DNA from: the human T2T-CHM13v2.0 reference genome, Homo sapiens
DNA length: 64,000 bases
Strand: one strand, 5' to 3'
Assembly: GCF_009914755.1 (NCBI RefSeq)
Contig: NC_060927.1
In this document: positions 15,643-39,491 of the stretch, one piece after another
How positions within the stretch are numbered: position 1 is the first letter of the stretch
Layout of the letters: the number at the start of each line of letters is the position of its first letter
Position numbers and translations under genes: made by a program
The notes under the pieces: model-generated
The model's input: the letters and a program-made list of their open reading frames with translations, nothing else
What the model was told of the DNA's origin: nothing
Databases searched by the model: none

Positions 15643-15864
15643 GCTCTATTGAGATATAATTCATATACCATACAATTTAAAGTCTTCAAATCAATGCTTT
15701 TTAAGTATAGCCAAAGAGTTGTGCAGTGATCACCTCAATGAATTTAGTGCACTTGCATCACCTGTAAAAGAAATGCCATACCTATTCACAGTCACTCCCC
15801 ATATCCTACCCTAAGGTTTCCCAACCCTAGGCAACCAATAGTCTACTTTCTGTTTCTATGGATT
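15643..15864 (-). mobile_element. L1M (L1MB/MC-like) 3'-end fragment
   Basis: ttgagatataattcatataccatac ... ccctaggcaaccaatagtctactttctgtttctatggatt. Confidence 0.7.
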
Positions 15865-18945
<3,081 letters not shown>

Positions 18946-20099
18946 GTTCTGGGCAACTGCTTTAGCCTGAATGCAAAAAACTGGAATTCCTTGTTTTAAA
19001 AAGGCAAGTTTCTTGGGGATCCAGAAGTCCTCTTATGAGACAGGTCTCAGGTAATGTTAGAAGATGGAGGACGAAGAAACAGATACATGGTGGAGACTTC
19101 AAACATATAATGAAATTATATTCATGATATGCTGTTCCAGAAAGAGCTTGTTACATATAGGCAGATTTCTATTGAATAAAAGAGGAGCTTCTTACTACCG
19201 GACCTCTGGACAAAGGCAGCAGCTTCATATTTCAGGTGGTAGATTCTTAAAACCACAAGTGTTCAAAAGGTCCTGGACAACTATCTGTGAAGGATGCTAT
19301 GAAAGGTCTCCTATCTTAGATGGGAGTATAGACTTGATGAATTAAAAGTTCTTCCTAGTGCTATAAAATAGTAGAGACAGAAAATCCAGTTGGCCTAACT
19401 AATGTTTATTAAGAGCTTGGTAAGGAAATATGAGATTAATCTATATTTTAAAAGTCATATTGCCTATCTTTACATAGTTTACACTAATAATTTAGTAGAG
19501 ATGTATATTTCTATGGAATACCTTGTAAAAATATTTTTCTGTATATCCCTTTCTCCCTGCTTCTCACTCTAAAGAAGCTGATAAGTGATAGCTTAGTCCT
19601 TGCCTCATTAATACCTTCAACCACTCATTTTCTGTCAGTTCCTTTTTTTCCGTCTTCAGACATCCTCTCTTAAAAATACCAACAATGAGACCTACTCCCT
19701 TTTCTAGCTACCATCATATTTCTAGCCTTTCTTTCCACTCATATGTTTTCAATGAGTCATCAACATCTCCTGCCACAATTTCCTTTCCACCCACTCCCTC
19801 TTTAACCCCCTACAATCAATCCAGTTCTTTTATACACCACCTACAAGGTCAGAATGCTAGGGTTTAGAGAGTCTGAGAGTGTCAGGAAGATATAACATTT
19901 GTACCCAAGGAGCTAATCAGAAAAAATCTACTTAAATCATCCAAATATCCACTAGGAAGAGACTAGAGACAGGGGTTAAAAAAGAGAACTAACATTTATT
20001 AGGTATCTTCTGGTATACTGTTGTGGTAGATTATCTCCCATCATGGCCATCAGCAATTCATCCATCCAGGTATACTCATGTCTCTCCAACTCTAACTTT

Positions 20100-20720
20100 A
20101 TCAGAAATCACAATAAATATAAATGGACCAAATTCACCCATTAAAAGACAGATAAAATATTATTATACAATATTATATACAATATCTATCTATATCTGTA
20201 GCTATATATTCCACCTATATACTATTCATAAGATGAATCTAGAAAACACAAAGGCATTGAAAATAATAAATGAAAAAATAAGTTAGGCAAAAACTAACCA
20301 TAAAAGAGTTGGAATAAGTAAATTAATATCAGACAAAAGACTTTAATATAATTAATCAGAAAGAGAATCACTATATAATAATAACAGAAGTGAGATAAAG
20401 AGGTAGAGAATACCCCTGGCATCATCAGTTTTAGAAATGGGGGTCTAGTAACTATCTCCAATATCACAGCTCAGAATCAGGCCAATTCTGCTCAATTTAA
20501 TCCAATCTCACAATTATTTGTGTGAAAACTCCCAAATTTGTCACCATGGGCAAAAAAGCTTAATCTAATAGACATATATAGAACCCTATGCCTGATAATT
20601 ACAAAATATGCATTACTCTTTTCAAACACATAGAAAATATTTTCAAAAATTAAACTGCAAAAGGCTATAATGCAAGTCTCAACAATTCCAAAGAATCATA
20701 TAGTCAATAACAAAAAACAA
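20100..20720 (+). mobile_element. Highly decayed L1ME fragment (ORF2 start)
   Basis: atcacaataaatataaatggaccaaattcacccattaaaagacaga translates to ITININGPNSPIKRQ, resembling the EN N-terminus. Confidence 0.6.
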
Positions 20721-22904
20721 GATCAACTTGTCTGTTCATTTCCTCTGCCAATATCTTATCTCTCTGAAACTGCCTTATTCATTTGTACTTCTCTTTTGAC
20801 ATTGTTCATAGACATTGTGTCCATTTATGCAACACATTTGTATTAAATACTTACATACCAGTCAGTGTTCTAAGCATAGGGGATACATTAATGAACAAAG
20901 CAAAATAGACAAAGATCTCTCCTTTGAGGTGCTTACATTTCTAGCGTCACTTCTATCACTAGACTGCAAGTGCCCTAAGGCAAGACTATGTCTAATCCAG
21001 ATTTGGCTAGCTCCCAATGTGCTGCTGGGACGGACACCATGTCGGATCTGACAAGGTACAGAACCCACACACTCTGATATTTAAGACAGAGGGCTTGCTG
21101 AGGCTTAAGGTATGATCTTCGGATAGTGTGGAATACAGCTTATCAGGCAGGGACCTAGAACCAGAAGGAGTAACAGACTCAACACACCCCTCACAACTCC
21201 CGTATCAGTAATTCAATAGCTCAAGTCTCAGCAGTCCATGGGTCAAAGCAAACTGAAGTCTAAACCATGTTGTCAAAGCAAAGATGCCGAAGACCAGATG
21301 TCAAAAATACTGGAAACAATGAAATCAGACAGATTAGGAGAAATAATCATATATTTTAATATGTCCTTGCAAATTGGGGCACAGTTTAAAGAGGCCAGAT
21401 AAGCCAAGTGACTAGTGACCACATCTCACAGGTCTGTCTGGTTGTAAGGGCCCTTTCATCCTTCCTCTATGAGATAAGAATGAACATCCAGGTCTAAGAG
21501 CATCCAAGCTAGGGAGCAGGACAAGGAGACTATATATGTAGCTTGCTTCAAACAGATTCATGTTCTAATAGGAATAAAGGTAAGGTGGCTGGCTTTACAG
21601 AAAACTCTGCTACATTCCAGAATGGCAAGTTAACAGGCAGCATAACCAAGAAAAGGGCCTGAAAAAGAGAGATGCCTCCAACTTCTGACACAGGTTTAAA
21701 AGAAGACTGGTTCCTTCTGCAGAGACACATCCCTTTCCAAAGGCCGTATCAGTCCAGAGAGAAAGACCAAAACAAAAGCCCCACAGCAAGAAACAGGAAG
21801 GAAGGGGAACTATTCAAATTCCCTGCCCCTCTCCTCCATAGCACACAATAGCTGGGACCTCTACTGGGGCATCATAGCTCCAAAGGAATCCTTCTGACAT
21901 GGTGTTTTCTGTTTTTTAAGCCTCTGTTTGAGCACTGTCACTATGGCAACAAGGCTGGGATGCTTCTGCTCTAAGTGAGAGGGCTTATCCCTTCAAATAT
22001 GCTTCTTGAGTCAGCAACAAAGGAACTCACTGAACCTCAACTAATCTCATATTCTCCTTGGAGACCTCTCTTAAAAGGCATTTTCCCTCCTTGCTCCCAC
22101 AAATCTTCTAGGTTTATGCTCTGTGTTCAGCCAACAACCACATTCACATAATGATTGAGTTTACTCTCACACACCTATCTCGACCAAGCTCTGAGGTGTC
22201 CTCTTTAGTCACATAAGCCTCTCCCATACCTATTAAACAGAGACAAAGCAAGGACCTTGGTTTGGGGGAGGCCTCCCAGGAAGGCTAGTGGACATGGGCC
22301 CTCAAGCTAGGATGGAACAGAGGAATGAGGGGTAGGAGGAGCAGGAAGCCAACTTGTATAACTTTCTTTTCCAGAGGGAGGAATCCATGGTGGCATGTAG
22401 CCCTGGCAGGCCTGATCCTCACCACCTGGATCTGTCCTCAACCTGTCCTAGGCTAGCTGCTCTGTCTTGGCTCAGGTTCCACATCATTCCCAGCCACAGC
22501 TCTTTCAAGAGTAAAAGTTGGCTCTGGGGAATACATCCTCCCTGCCTTCAGAGGGGTCTTCCTTAGTCATGAGTTCTTAGAATCCTAAAATATAGGCCTA
22601 CCTCTTATTAGTTTTATTACCTTAGGGAAGTCACTTAACCTTTCTAAGCCTGTTAACTCATCTGTAAGACAGGAGCAATTGACCACTCCAGCGGGTTGTG
22701 ATAAAGACGGAGGGGCAGGCATACATTCTACAACTCTTAGTTCTGTCTGCACCCAGCCCACTCTTCCCTCAGAAGCAGACAGTGTCTAATCTTAGGAAGG
22801 TCTGTAAGCACAGAGAAAAAAAGATGCACCAACCTCACCTTGATAACTCCAGCTCCAGTGTGTGTCACCATTTCTGGGTAATATATAACTCTTCTCCTCA
22901 GTTG

Positions 22905-23083
22905 TTTTTTTTTTTTTTTTTTTTAAAGACAGGATCTTGCTATGTTGCCCAAGCTAGCATGCAGTGGCTATTCACAGGTACAATCATAGTGCACTGTAGC
23001 CTTGAACTCCTGGCCTCAAGCAATCCTCCTGCCTCAGCCACCTCAGTAGCTGGCACTGCAGGCATGAGCCACAGTGCCTGACC
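22905..23083 (-). mobile_element. FAM (fossil Alu monomer)
   Basis: Monomer retaining the 7SL-derived tgcagtggctattcacagg segment. Confidence 0.8.
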
Positions 23084-23522
23084 TCTCCACTAGTTTTCAA
23101 AGCAAACAAACAAATAAGAGAGGGTATTCAGTCTCTTTTGCCTTTATTGTAAGAGACAATGAGGTGACAGCAAAGATAATTCTAGGAAGCAAACTTCTGG
23201 GTTCTAGTCCTTTTTGCTCACTGAGTTCCTCAGCCTATCCTCCAGAGGACTGACCTCCCTGTGGAAAGGGGCTGCACAGGGCACTCTGTTAGGGTCCATT
23301 CCAACTCTAAGATCTCTGGGTCTTAGGTGAGTACCAAATGACCCATGAAATTGGAATAAAGAAGACTTTGCAGAGAGACTGGTACCCTCTAGGAGTGTCC
23401 TAAAACAGGGCAGATGAGACATGCAGGACACAAAGACTAGAAGCATCATTTATACCCAGGAAATATTTACCGCAAGGACATGTCAGGAGTCCATCCACCT
23501 CAGGGACAGAGTTCAAAGTTGA

Positions 23523-23897
<375 letters not shown>

Positions 23898-23934
23898 TTC
23901 AAGCCATTAAAAAATTCCACCACCTCCTCACTGT

Positions 23935-24165
23935 TTAAAATAAATGTTTTATTTGGGAATAACATTATATTCTTAGAAAAATTTCAGACATGATACAGAG
24001 TCCCTGGTACTCTTCACTCTGTTTCCCCTAATGTTAATCTATTACATTACCATGGTACATTTTTCAAAACTAAGAAACCAGACTTTATTTGGATTTCACC
24101 AGTTTTTTAACTGATGTTATTTTTATGTTCCAGGATCTAATCCAAGATACCTCATTGCATTTAGG
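23935..24165 (-). mobile_element. L1MC4/5-like 3'-end fragment
   Basis: gtttcccctaatgttaa ... ttccaggatctaatccaagatacctcattgcatttag. Confidence 0.6.
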
Positions 24166-25070
24166 ATAAAGCACTTTTTAATGGTGAAAGATTTCTATCA
24201 TAGCGACAAAACGGATTCTTGATTAAAAGAACATCAGATACATTTGTGTCTCTTTGGGAACCCTTTCTTCCCATTTCCATGTCTGTTCCTCCTGTAAGAA
24301 CCATTATAAACTCATTGTTTTATCATTCCCAGACATGTTTGTGTGAATGCACAGAAAGACAGTATAAGCACAAACACTGTATATATAGTGTTGTTTTCCA
24401 GGCTTTAAAACGCATATAAACACTATTCTTTTCATATCCTCCTGTAACTTGCTTCTTTCATTCAATGTTGTTTTTGAGATTGATCTCTTAAGAAATATAA
24501 CTATAGTTCTTTTACTGCTATATATAGTATGCATAATATTTCATTCATTTTCCTACTGGTGGAAATTTGGACTGTTTCCCATTTTTTGCTGCAATGAACA
24601 CTTTAATATTAAACGTCTACTCAGGTACACAAGAAAGATTCTCCATCTAGGACCGAAATTCCTGGGTGTAAAGGGTATAACCAAATTGTTTCCTAAAGCT
24701 GTAGTACCGTCCTTCCAGCAGTGTAGGAGACTGTCATTCCATATGCTCATCCATACTAAGAAGTACATTTAACTTATGAATTAATTTGTGGAGAACTGGC
24801 ACCTTTATAATGAATCTTCCAGTTTATCAATATAGCCCTTTTCTCCATTTATTAAGGATCTCTTTTTTTTTTCCTTTCAACAACTGTAATTTTCTTCATA
24901 AATATTCTTGTGTACTTTTTGGTTAGGTGTACTCCTGGGTATATTATGGCTTTTGTTACTGCTGAAAATGGGATCCTTTATCTATTAATTTTTCTAATTG
25001 GTTATTCCTGGTAAATAGTACTTTAATATGTTGATACTGTATTTATGGAACTTGGAATTCTTACAGTATA

Positions 25071-25398
25071 CAGTTGGTTCTCTATATCCATGGGTTCTGC
25101 ACCCACGGCTTCAACCAACTGCAAATCCAAAATATATTTTTTAAAAATCTAATAAAAATAACAACACAACAATAAAAATAATACAAATAAAAAATACAGT
25201 ATAACAACTATTTACATAGCCTTTACATAGTATTGGGTATTACATATAATCTAAAGATGATTTACAGTATACAGCAGGATACATGTAGACTATATGCAAA
25301 TACTATACCATTTTATATAATGGACTTGAGCATCCACAGATTTTGACACCCAAGGGAGGTCCTGGAACCAATCTCCCATGGATAGTGAGGGATGACTG
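25071..25398. mobile_element. MER2 (TcMar-Tigger MITE)
   Basis: Termini cagttggttctctatatccatggg / cccatggatagtgagggatgactg; TA on both sides. Confidence 0.9.
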
Positions 25399-26486
25399 TA
25401 TTTTCCACTTAAAAATCCCAAGAAAATCTTATTGGTATGCAAGTAAGAACATTTTAATCTTTATCTTCAATATTCACATTTTTCTTGTCCTATTGCATTG
25501 GCTAGAACCTCCTGTACAATGCTGAATATAGCAATAAAGGGCATTCTTGTCTTTTTTATGACTTTATTGAGAGCGAGCCTGATGTTACTGTGTATTGTTA
25601 AGGATTGTTTTTTGCTGTACTATTTTGATAGATGTTCTTTACCAAGTTAAGGAAGTTCTCTTCTATTCTTAGTTTTCTGAGAAGTTTGCCTCAATTGTGA
25701 ATGAGTGCTAAATTCTGACTAATGTTTTTTCTGTATGTAATAGATTATAGGCATTATTAATCTGTTAATATTCTTTATGACATTAATATATTTTCTAATG
25801 TTGAATCATCCTTCTATTCCTTTCACAAACTCTACTTAATCAGAATGTAAATATTTGAAATAGATTTGTAAATATTTCATAAGCATTTATATTTATAAAT
25901 AAAACTGGCCCACAATTTTCCTTTCTTGTGTTCTTCTTGTCTTATTTGTATATTTAAGTTATACTATCATTATTTTAAAAAGACAGCTTTTCCCCAGTTT
26001 CTATCCTCTTAGACAGTTTGCACAATATTAGGATTATTTACTTCTTGGAGTTCTACATGCAAAAAACCATTTAAGCCTTATATTTTTGGGAGAAGAAGTC
26101 TCTTAACTATCAGTTTAAATTCTTTATAATTGTTATTTTACTGCAGTTTTCTATATCTTTTGAAGTAGTTATGGCAAATTATATTTGCCCAGAAAGTTAC
26201 CCATGTGTCCTCCTAATCCAAATTTTAACATAAAAATTTTCAGAGTATAGGTTTTTGATGTTTATTATCAATTTCATATCAGGAGTTATATTTCCATTTC
26301 ATTCAAAATATTATTTGTGGGTCTTATTTTGAAAAAAAAAAAAGCCTTACTAGGGTTTTATCTATATCACTTTTTTAATCCTCCAAATGACATTCTATTT
26401 CATTTGTCTTCCTTTGTTTCCTTCCTTCTACTTTTCCAAAGGTTTCTTTAGGATTTTTTTTCTAGCTTCTTGAGTAGGATATATAT

Positions 26487-27025
26487 AGTAGACAACAATA
26501 ATTGCTTACACAATATTTATAATATTCTCCCTTGTTCCGTACTAACATACCCTTATTTGGTTTGGGAAGGCAATACACCATGCTAAAATAAAAAAAAACA
26601 CTATACTTCCCTGGCTCCCTTGCAGCTAGGAACTGCCAAATGACACAGTTCTAACCAATGACATATAAGTGAAAGTTATTACATAGGGCTTCCAAGAAAG
26701 CTCTCTAATTAAAGGTAGCCAACTCACTTGGCACATGCCTTTTTCAAAACCTGTCCTTTCTCCATCATGCTTGGAATGTGAATGCTAAACTGGAAGTAAA
26801 GCAGCCATTTTGCAACCATGAGGCAGCAAGCATGAGTATGAAAATTATGTTTAGATGACTGGATGTTAAAAGAGCCCAGGACCCTGATGGCATAATGGAG
26901 AATCCATATTTGCCTTGGACTACCTCGAAACTTCTTGTTATATGGCAAATGTTAAACCCCTAGGTCATTAAAGCCATGGTCATTTAGATTATCTTTTAAA
27001 TATAGCCAAATAAAATTTATAGTAA
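26487..27025. mobile_element. Old ERVL/MaLR LTR (LTR33/LTR16/MLT1J-like)
   Basis: ctcccttgcagctagg...cagttctaaccaatga and gcagccattttgcaaccatgagg motifs. Confidence 0.6.
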
Positions 27026-27046
27026 TACCTATTCAACATGTTATCC

Positions 27047-27351
27047 TTTTCTTTTTGGTAGGAATTGAGGGCAGATGGGGTCTCGCTCTGTTGCCCAACC
27101 TGGAGTTCAGTGGCATGATCACAGCACACTGTAGCCTCAGCCTCCCAGACTCAAGATATCCTCCCACCTCAGCCTACTGAGTAGCTGGGACTACAGGCCC
27201 GCGTCACTACACCCGGATAATTTTTGTATTTTTTGTGGAGGCAGGGTGTCGCCATGTTGCTCAGGCTGGTCTCAAATTTCTGAGCTCAAGTGATCCACAC
27301 CTTGGCCTCCTAAAGTGCTTGGATTATAGCTACGATCCACCATGCCTGACC
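27047..27351 (-). mobile_element. AluJ
   Basis: Dimeric Alu with J-type diagnostics. Confidence 0.88.
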
Positions 27352-27444
27352 TCAACTTATTTTTCATATGTTAAATGTTTCATAAATGCATTTAAGGCCA
27401 TAAATTTTCCTCAAAGAATAGCTTTAGTTGCATGTAGTTAAGAG

Positions 27445-32350
<4,906 letters not shown>

Positions 32351-32650
32351 TAGCCTAACCCTCTGGGTACAATTGATGACTATAGTTTTTTCTTAAAAAA
32401 TCTATAATTATTATCTTCCTGACTCTGAATATGGCTTTAACATTTTCCCCCAAAAAATCTGCACCATCTTGCTATTGTTGCCTAGTCTTCATTTTAATCA
32501 TGTTTTTCAAACCATACACACTTATGAATTTTTTGCATAGCTAACAAATAAATATAAATATATTTTATCAATTTCTATGTTTACCATTGCCTCTTACATT
32601 GTACATATTTTCTCACTGTTTAATTTTTTCTTTCCAAAACATATCCTTTA

Positions 32651-32853
32651 TGGGAACAATAGACACTGGTGACTCCAAAAGGAGGGGGAGGGGCAAGGGC
32701 TGAAAAACCTCCTATTGGATACAGTGTTTCCTATCTGTGGGTGATGGGATCAATAGAAGCCCAAACCTTAGCATCTCACAATATATTCTTGTAATTTGCA
32801 CGTGTACCCACTGAATCTAAAATAGAAATGGGAATTAAAAAGAAACAAACACT
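32651..32853 (+). mobile_element. Short L1PA15-17/L1PB-type 3'-end insertion
   Basis: gggaacaatagacactgg ... gtacccactgaatctaaaata; TSD caaaacatatccttta / caaaatatatccttta. Confidence 0.8.
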
Positions 32854-33529
32854 CAAAATATATCCTTTAATAGTTATTTTAGTGAGCATCTTTGTATTTA
32901 TATTCTTGGTCTTTGTTTTGCTCTCATTCTCCTGGGATAGTTTATCTAGGTATAGTATTTTAGGGTCAACACAGAAAAGTTACTCCTCTGTCTTCTTACC
33001 TCTCTTGTTGCTGATGAAATACCTGTCAGTCTGTCATTTATTTATACATAACTTGTATTTTTATTTTGGATTTTTAAGTTGCTCTTTTTTCTCTTTTCTG
33101 AAGAGAAATAAAAAGCAGTTTCTGCAGTTTCACTATGTCTAATTGCGGGTTAACTTTTGTTTAGCTTTCAAAGTATTAGGAGACACTTTTGTTCTGAGAA
33201 CTCATGTTGTTACTCAATTCTGGAAAATTATTAATCATTTATTTAAATATTGCTTCACTTCCATTCCCTTTTTAAATCTCTTTCTGTAGCTTTTATTAAA
33301 TAATGTTGAAGCCTGTCATTTACCTTCCATACCTTTAAACCGTTCTTTCATGTTTTTGACATCTTTATATTTCTGTGCCGCAGCCAGGCTAAACTTCTCC
33401 GTACTATTTTCCAATCTGTTAACTCATGCTTCAATGGTAACCAGTCTCCAGTGTATCCCATCTATTGCATCTTATTTCAATAACTATATTTTTCATTTAT
33501 ATATGTTTTTATATATACCTGATCTCATT

Positions 33530-33760
33530 GTTTATTATTTTTTTTAAGAGATGAGGCCTCATCCTGTCACCCAGGCTGGAGCATGAGCCTGTAGTTCTAG
33601 CTACTCAGGAGGTTGAGGTGGGAGGTTTGCTTAAGCCCAGGAGTTGGAGGCTACAGTGAGTTATGATTGTGCTACTCTGCTCTAGCCTTGGTGATAGAGT
33701 GAGACCCTGTCCTTAAAAAAATAAATACAAGAAATTAAAAAAATAAAAACAAAATTAAAA
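33530..33760. mobile_element. Fused pair of oppositely oriented Alu 3' fragments
   Basis: Minus-strand Alu tail (about 33530-33582) joined directly to a plus-strand AluJ right arm with A tail. Confidence 0.75.
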
Positions 33761-34589
33761 TTTTTAAAAAGGAGAAGGAGATCATCTGTGAATGCCAACC
33801 ATTCCTAACTGGTGCCCCAGAAGCATCATCACTTTGCCAAAGCCTCTCACTCCAAAAGACAAGCATGGTAACCAAAGCAAATAGACCCCGATCCTGCTTT
33901 TTGCCACCACTACCTGCCCTAGAGATTTGGGACCTTCTGCTTTTACACCAAAGCTTTCACTGATCAAGCCACCTAGAGCAGAGGACTTTGTCAGGAATTT
34001 TAAAGACTAATATAATCTTTTCCACTCATTCGAGTGTAAACATTTCAGGTAGAAAGAGTGAGATGAAAGAGGAAACAGTGAATACTGCAATTTGTTTATA
34101 TCTCAAAACTGCAAGTCTATTCTTTCCAGAACAGAACTTGGTACACTGGGGCCTGGGCACCTGAGTCCCCAGTGTTTGTGATGTTATCCTTACTCAGTTA
34201 CTGGAAATATAAAGGGACAACACCTAGTTTGGAATCAACAAATGGAGAATCTATGACACTTCAGTAGTTTTTCTTCCTCTTTACCTGGAAAGGAACGCTT
34301 TGTTGCCTGTGAGTGTGGAAGGAGAAAGTTGGTTCCCAATTGGAACATTTTCCTCTGTAACACACCACTACAACCCTCTCGTTTGTGCATACACTGGGAA
34401 CTGCCCAGAATTGGTCTCACCAGGGTACCAGGTTGAATGAGGCACATAAATCTCAATGCTAACCACCTAACAACAGGGGTTATTTCACATGTGTGCTTCT
34501 TTTTGGTTTTGCTTTTGCCAAGTCAACCCTAACACAGCCAGTTTTCCATTTAACTATATTATCCATTCAAATATTTATTGAGTACCTCT

Positions 34590-34800
34590 TAATAATAACA
34601 GCCTTTATTTAATGGGGACCTTCTTTATGTATTACAGTGCATTTTATATACGTTCCTAATCTTCACATCAGCTACTCATACAAACCAGGGCAATGTTATC
34701 TTCATTTTTCAATATAGGAAACAGGCTCAGAGAAGTTCAGTGATTTCTCAAAGTGTTACACAGGCTGGACTTGAATTCACATATGACTCCCAAACCCAAA
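34590..34800 (-). mobile_element. MIR
   Basis: Core ggaaacaggctcagagaagttcagtgatttctcaa. Confidence 0.6.
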
Positions 34801-34856
34801 TTGTTTCCATATTGCAAACTGAGGACACCTGATCTTTGGTATAAAAAAAAATTGTG

Positions 34857-35898
<1,042 letters not shown>

Positions 35899-36461
35899 AA
35901 AAAAAAATTGTGTGTCATGGGCTATGGCCCTAACTAAGTTTTCAATCCTGGGGCAAATCCAGCCTAATAGCCTACACTGGGCCTGTCACCCTGGCCTGTA
36001 TATATTAATTTTCCCTTGCACTTCAACCCTCCCACTTGCACTTGGGGCCTATGGCCTGATGACTCTCAGCCACGGGCATAATGTAAACCGAAGGACAAAG
36101 GACTTTTGGGTACCCGCTGGTATTGGATTCTGGGCCATCTTCAGTGCCCTAAGGGTTGGTAGTTTTCTTGCTGCTGCTCCTGCTACAGAGGCTCTTGGGA
36201 GCTATCTGCTTGTCATGCTTATGTTTATCACTTGCAATAGTGCCCAGATCCTGTGGTATTGTCCTTGGACCTGAAGATGGTTTCATAGACAGAAAAATGT
36301 GGAGTGCAGCTTGGGAGAACTGAGAGGTGTCCAGAGTGGGAGAGGTCTCAAAGTACTAAGGAAAGGAAAATAGGACTAGGTTCTCCAGAAATGTGATTCT
36401 AACCTTTCACCCATTCCCTTTGTCTCTTAGGTCCCCAGACAGCCTGAGATAGCCATAGGCC

Positions 36462-36904
36462 TCTTAGTCCATTTTCTGTTGCTTATAACAGAATACCAGA
36501 AACTAAGGAGTAAGAAAGAAATGTATTTCTTACAATTACAGAGGCTGAGAAGTACAAGGTCGAGAGGCTACATCTGGTAAGAACCTTCCTGCTGGTGGGG
36601 ACTCTTAAGATTCCTGAGGCAGTGCAGTATGCTGACCATGCTAGCTCAAGGCTCTCTTCCTCTTCTTATAACACCACCAGTTCTCCTCCCTTGATAGCCA
36701 TTAATCCATTAACACATTAATCTGTGAATGGATTAATCTATTCATTAACCTATTAATCCATTAATCCATGAATGGATTTATCCATTCATGAAGGCAGAGC
36801 CCACATGACCTAATCACCCCCACCAAAGGCCCCACCTCTCAACACTGACACACTGGGGACCCAGTTTCAACATGAGTTTTGGAGCGGACGTCCAAAACAT
36901 AGCA
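36462..36904 (-). mobile_element. MST-family (MSTB/MSTC-like) solo LTR
   Basis: tcttagtccattttctgttgcttataacagaatacc ... aggccccacctctcaacact ... aaacatagca. Confidence 0.8.
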
Positions 36905-37569
36905 GCCTCCTTTCACTAAAATGTATCTGTTCACTCATATTAACAGCTCTCTTCCTACCAAACTGGCTTCATCCAGGAGAGCTGTGTGCTTACGAAGAGT
37001 CAGCTGGCTTGTCCCTAAAACCGGTTATGCCCATTGTATTTATTATTGAAATTGAAACACTAAATTTACATATAATTTAAATAGTATATAAAGTGATTAA
37101 ATGTGAATATAAAAGATCTGTTTCTGTGAAAGTTAAATGATAGAAATGAATTGTTAAAAAAATTACTATTGAATTAGGTTTGGATGGGACAACTGTAAAA
37201 AACAGGGAAAAATTATAAAAACTAAAAGAGTTCTGCATTCTAATGGCTTTCAAAGTGCCTAAATTCCATTCTACACTAAAAAGATTCAAACTGGAATGTG
37301 CAGAAAATGCCTTACAGGCATAGAGCAAACAAGTAAGATAACATAGGCTCCCATTTGTAAACCCAGTTGGGTCCCATGGTGAAAGTTTGGCAACTAAATG
37401 TTTAACATTATATGTTTTAAGTTAAAATGTTTTAGGTATGTATACATGAAGTTTTCATCAGCTTCTCAACTAGTCAATTACTCATCCTAATCACACCTCC
37501 AACACAGTCTGTCTATTCCTGATTACATCTGACTCCAAGTCCGTGACAAGTTTAAGTCCTTCCAGACAT

Positions 37570-38195
37570 GGGTACTGAAATAACATTGCTGAAGTCACTT
37601 TAGCCTGACTTAATCAGTCACAAGCCATGCATTTCCAAAAATCTAATTTATGTTCAAAAGATGAAGCTGTGTCACAACACAAGATATTAAAAGAACTGTC
37701 CATATACCACTATCATATGAAGAGCTTCTATAGCTCAAGGAGTAAAAGACAAATCGTTTAATAGAAAAATGAGCCAAGGACAAGAACAAACAATTCACAA
37801 ATAGCCAAAATACATGGAAACATGTCCAACCTCAGTAGTGGTAAGCACAAATTAACAATGAGATAGCGTGTATTACCCATGAGGTTCACGAAAGTTTAAA
37901 TGACTGGTATCTGTTTCTGGTAACGTGTGGGGATCAAATTGCTGCCAGTAATTTCCCCTTTAGGTAACAGATACAAAAAAAACAGATACATATATAAATT
38001 TTTAAGTGATGGATTCTTTAATATTTTCAGACGCAGTTAGAAAAAAAAAAAACTCCCCCTCAGAAGGAAGGAAAAAGGCATGATTCTAAACTAAACACAA
38101 TTCTAAAAGTGAAATTCCAAAAACATTCTGAGCAATGGCATCATCACTAGCATAAGTATATACTTTCTGAAGAAGGTTATTTTGAAGGACATCAG
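37570..38195 (+). mobile_element. MARNA-like mariner remnant split by an L1ME fragment (about 37690-37930)
   Basis: tttccaaaaatctaatttatgttcaaaagatgaag and tctgagcaatggcatcatcactagcataagtatata...tattttgaagg resemble the mariner transposase 3' end. Confidence 0.5.
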
Positions 38196-38923
38196 TGACT
38201 GGGATGATGCCTTCTGTTATGCTGGTTAAAATACCCTCCTTTGATTCTGCAGACAGCAGAGCAGTGCTCACGCCCTGGCAGGCCCGGCACACGGCTCCAG
38301 ACCAGAGGTGTAGGGGGAGCCATGATGCTGAGCAACCAGCATCACTGTCTCCTAGACCTGCAGTTCTTCCCTACACCCTGTGTACAAGGCCTGCGTTGCA
38401 CTGGGGTGGACAGCTGGCTGCTCGAATTCTTTGATCAGGGCACTGCTGTGTCTCTAGCTTCTCATGCTGAAAGAGACTTTTTGGTATTTGAGCCTAACGA
38501 CACCCAGAACCTGGAATAAAATAAAGACCCACCTTCTCTAGAGGATCAGGGAGCCAAGGACATAGTGTTCTAGCTATACAATGAAATGCAGATTTCCCAA
38601 TAAAAGGCAAAATTCTTCACTTCAGGAGGTTGAATAGGATGGAAAAGAATTCCAGCTGCTTAAATTTATGGCACTGAAAAAAGCCCTGTCTGAGAATAAT
38701 TCTTGTGTCTGAGCCCAAGATGCTGTCACCTTGCCGTGGATCGTTAAAGTACTCAGTGTGCTCCCATCCTCAGAGCTGTGCCCTGAGACAGCCTAAATTG
38801 GTCAATAAACACAGTAGTTCTGTCTTGTTGCTTCTTCTTCTGAAATTAAGAATATTTTAGCTGAGCCAGTGTCAGAGTAAAATGCATAGGGGGCCATATT
38901 TAGGTAAAAACTGGTTAGACACA

Positions 38924-39491
<568 letters not shown>

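Noticed and set aside
21600-22100. AP-1 (TGAGTCA) and TEAD-like (CATTCC) motifs in non-repeat sequence; another AP-1 near 48319
   Set aside because: Short motifs alone cannot establish an enhancer.
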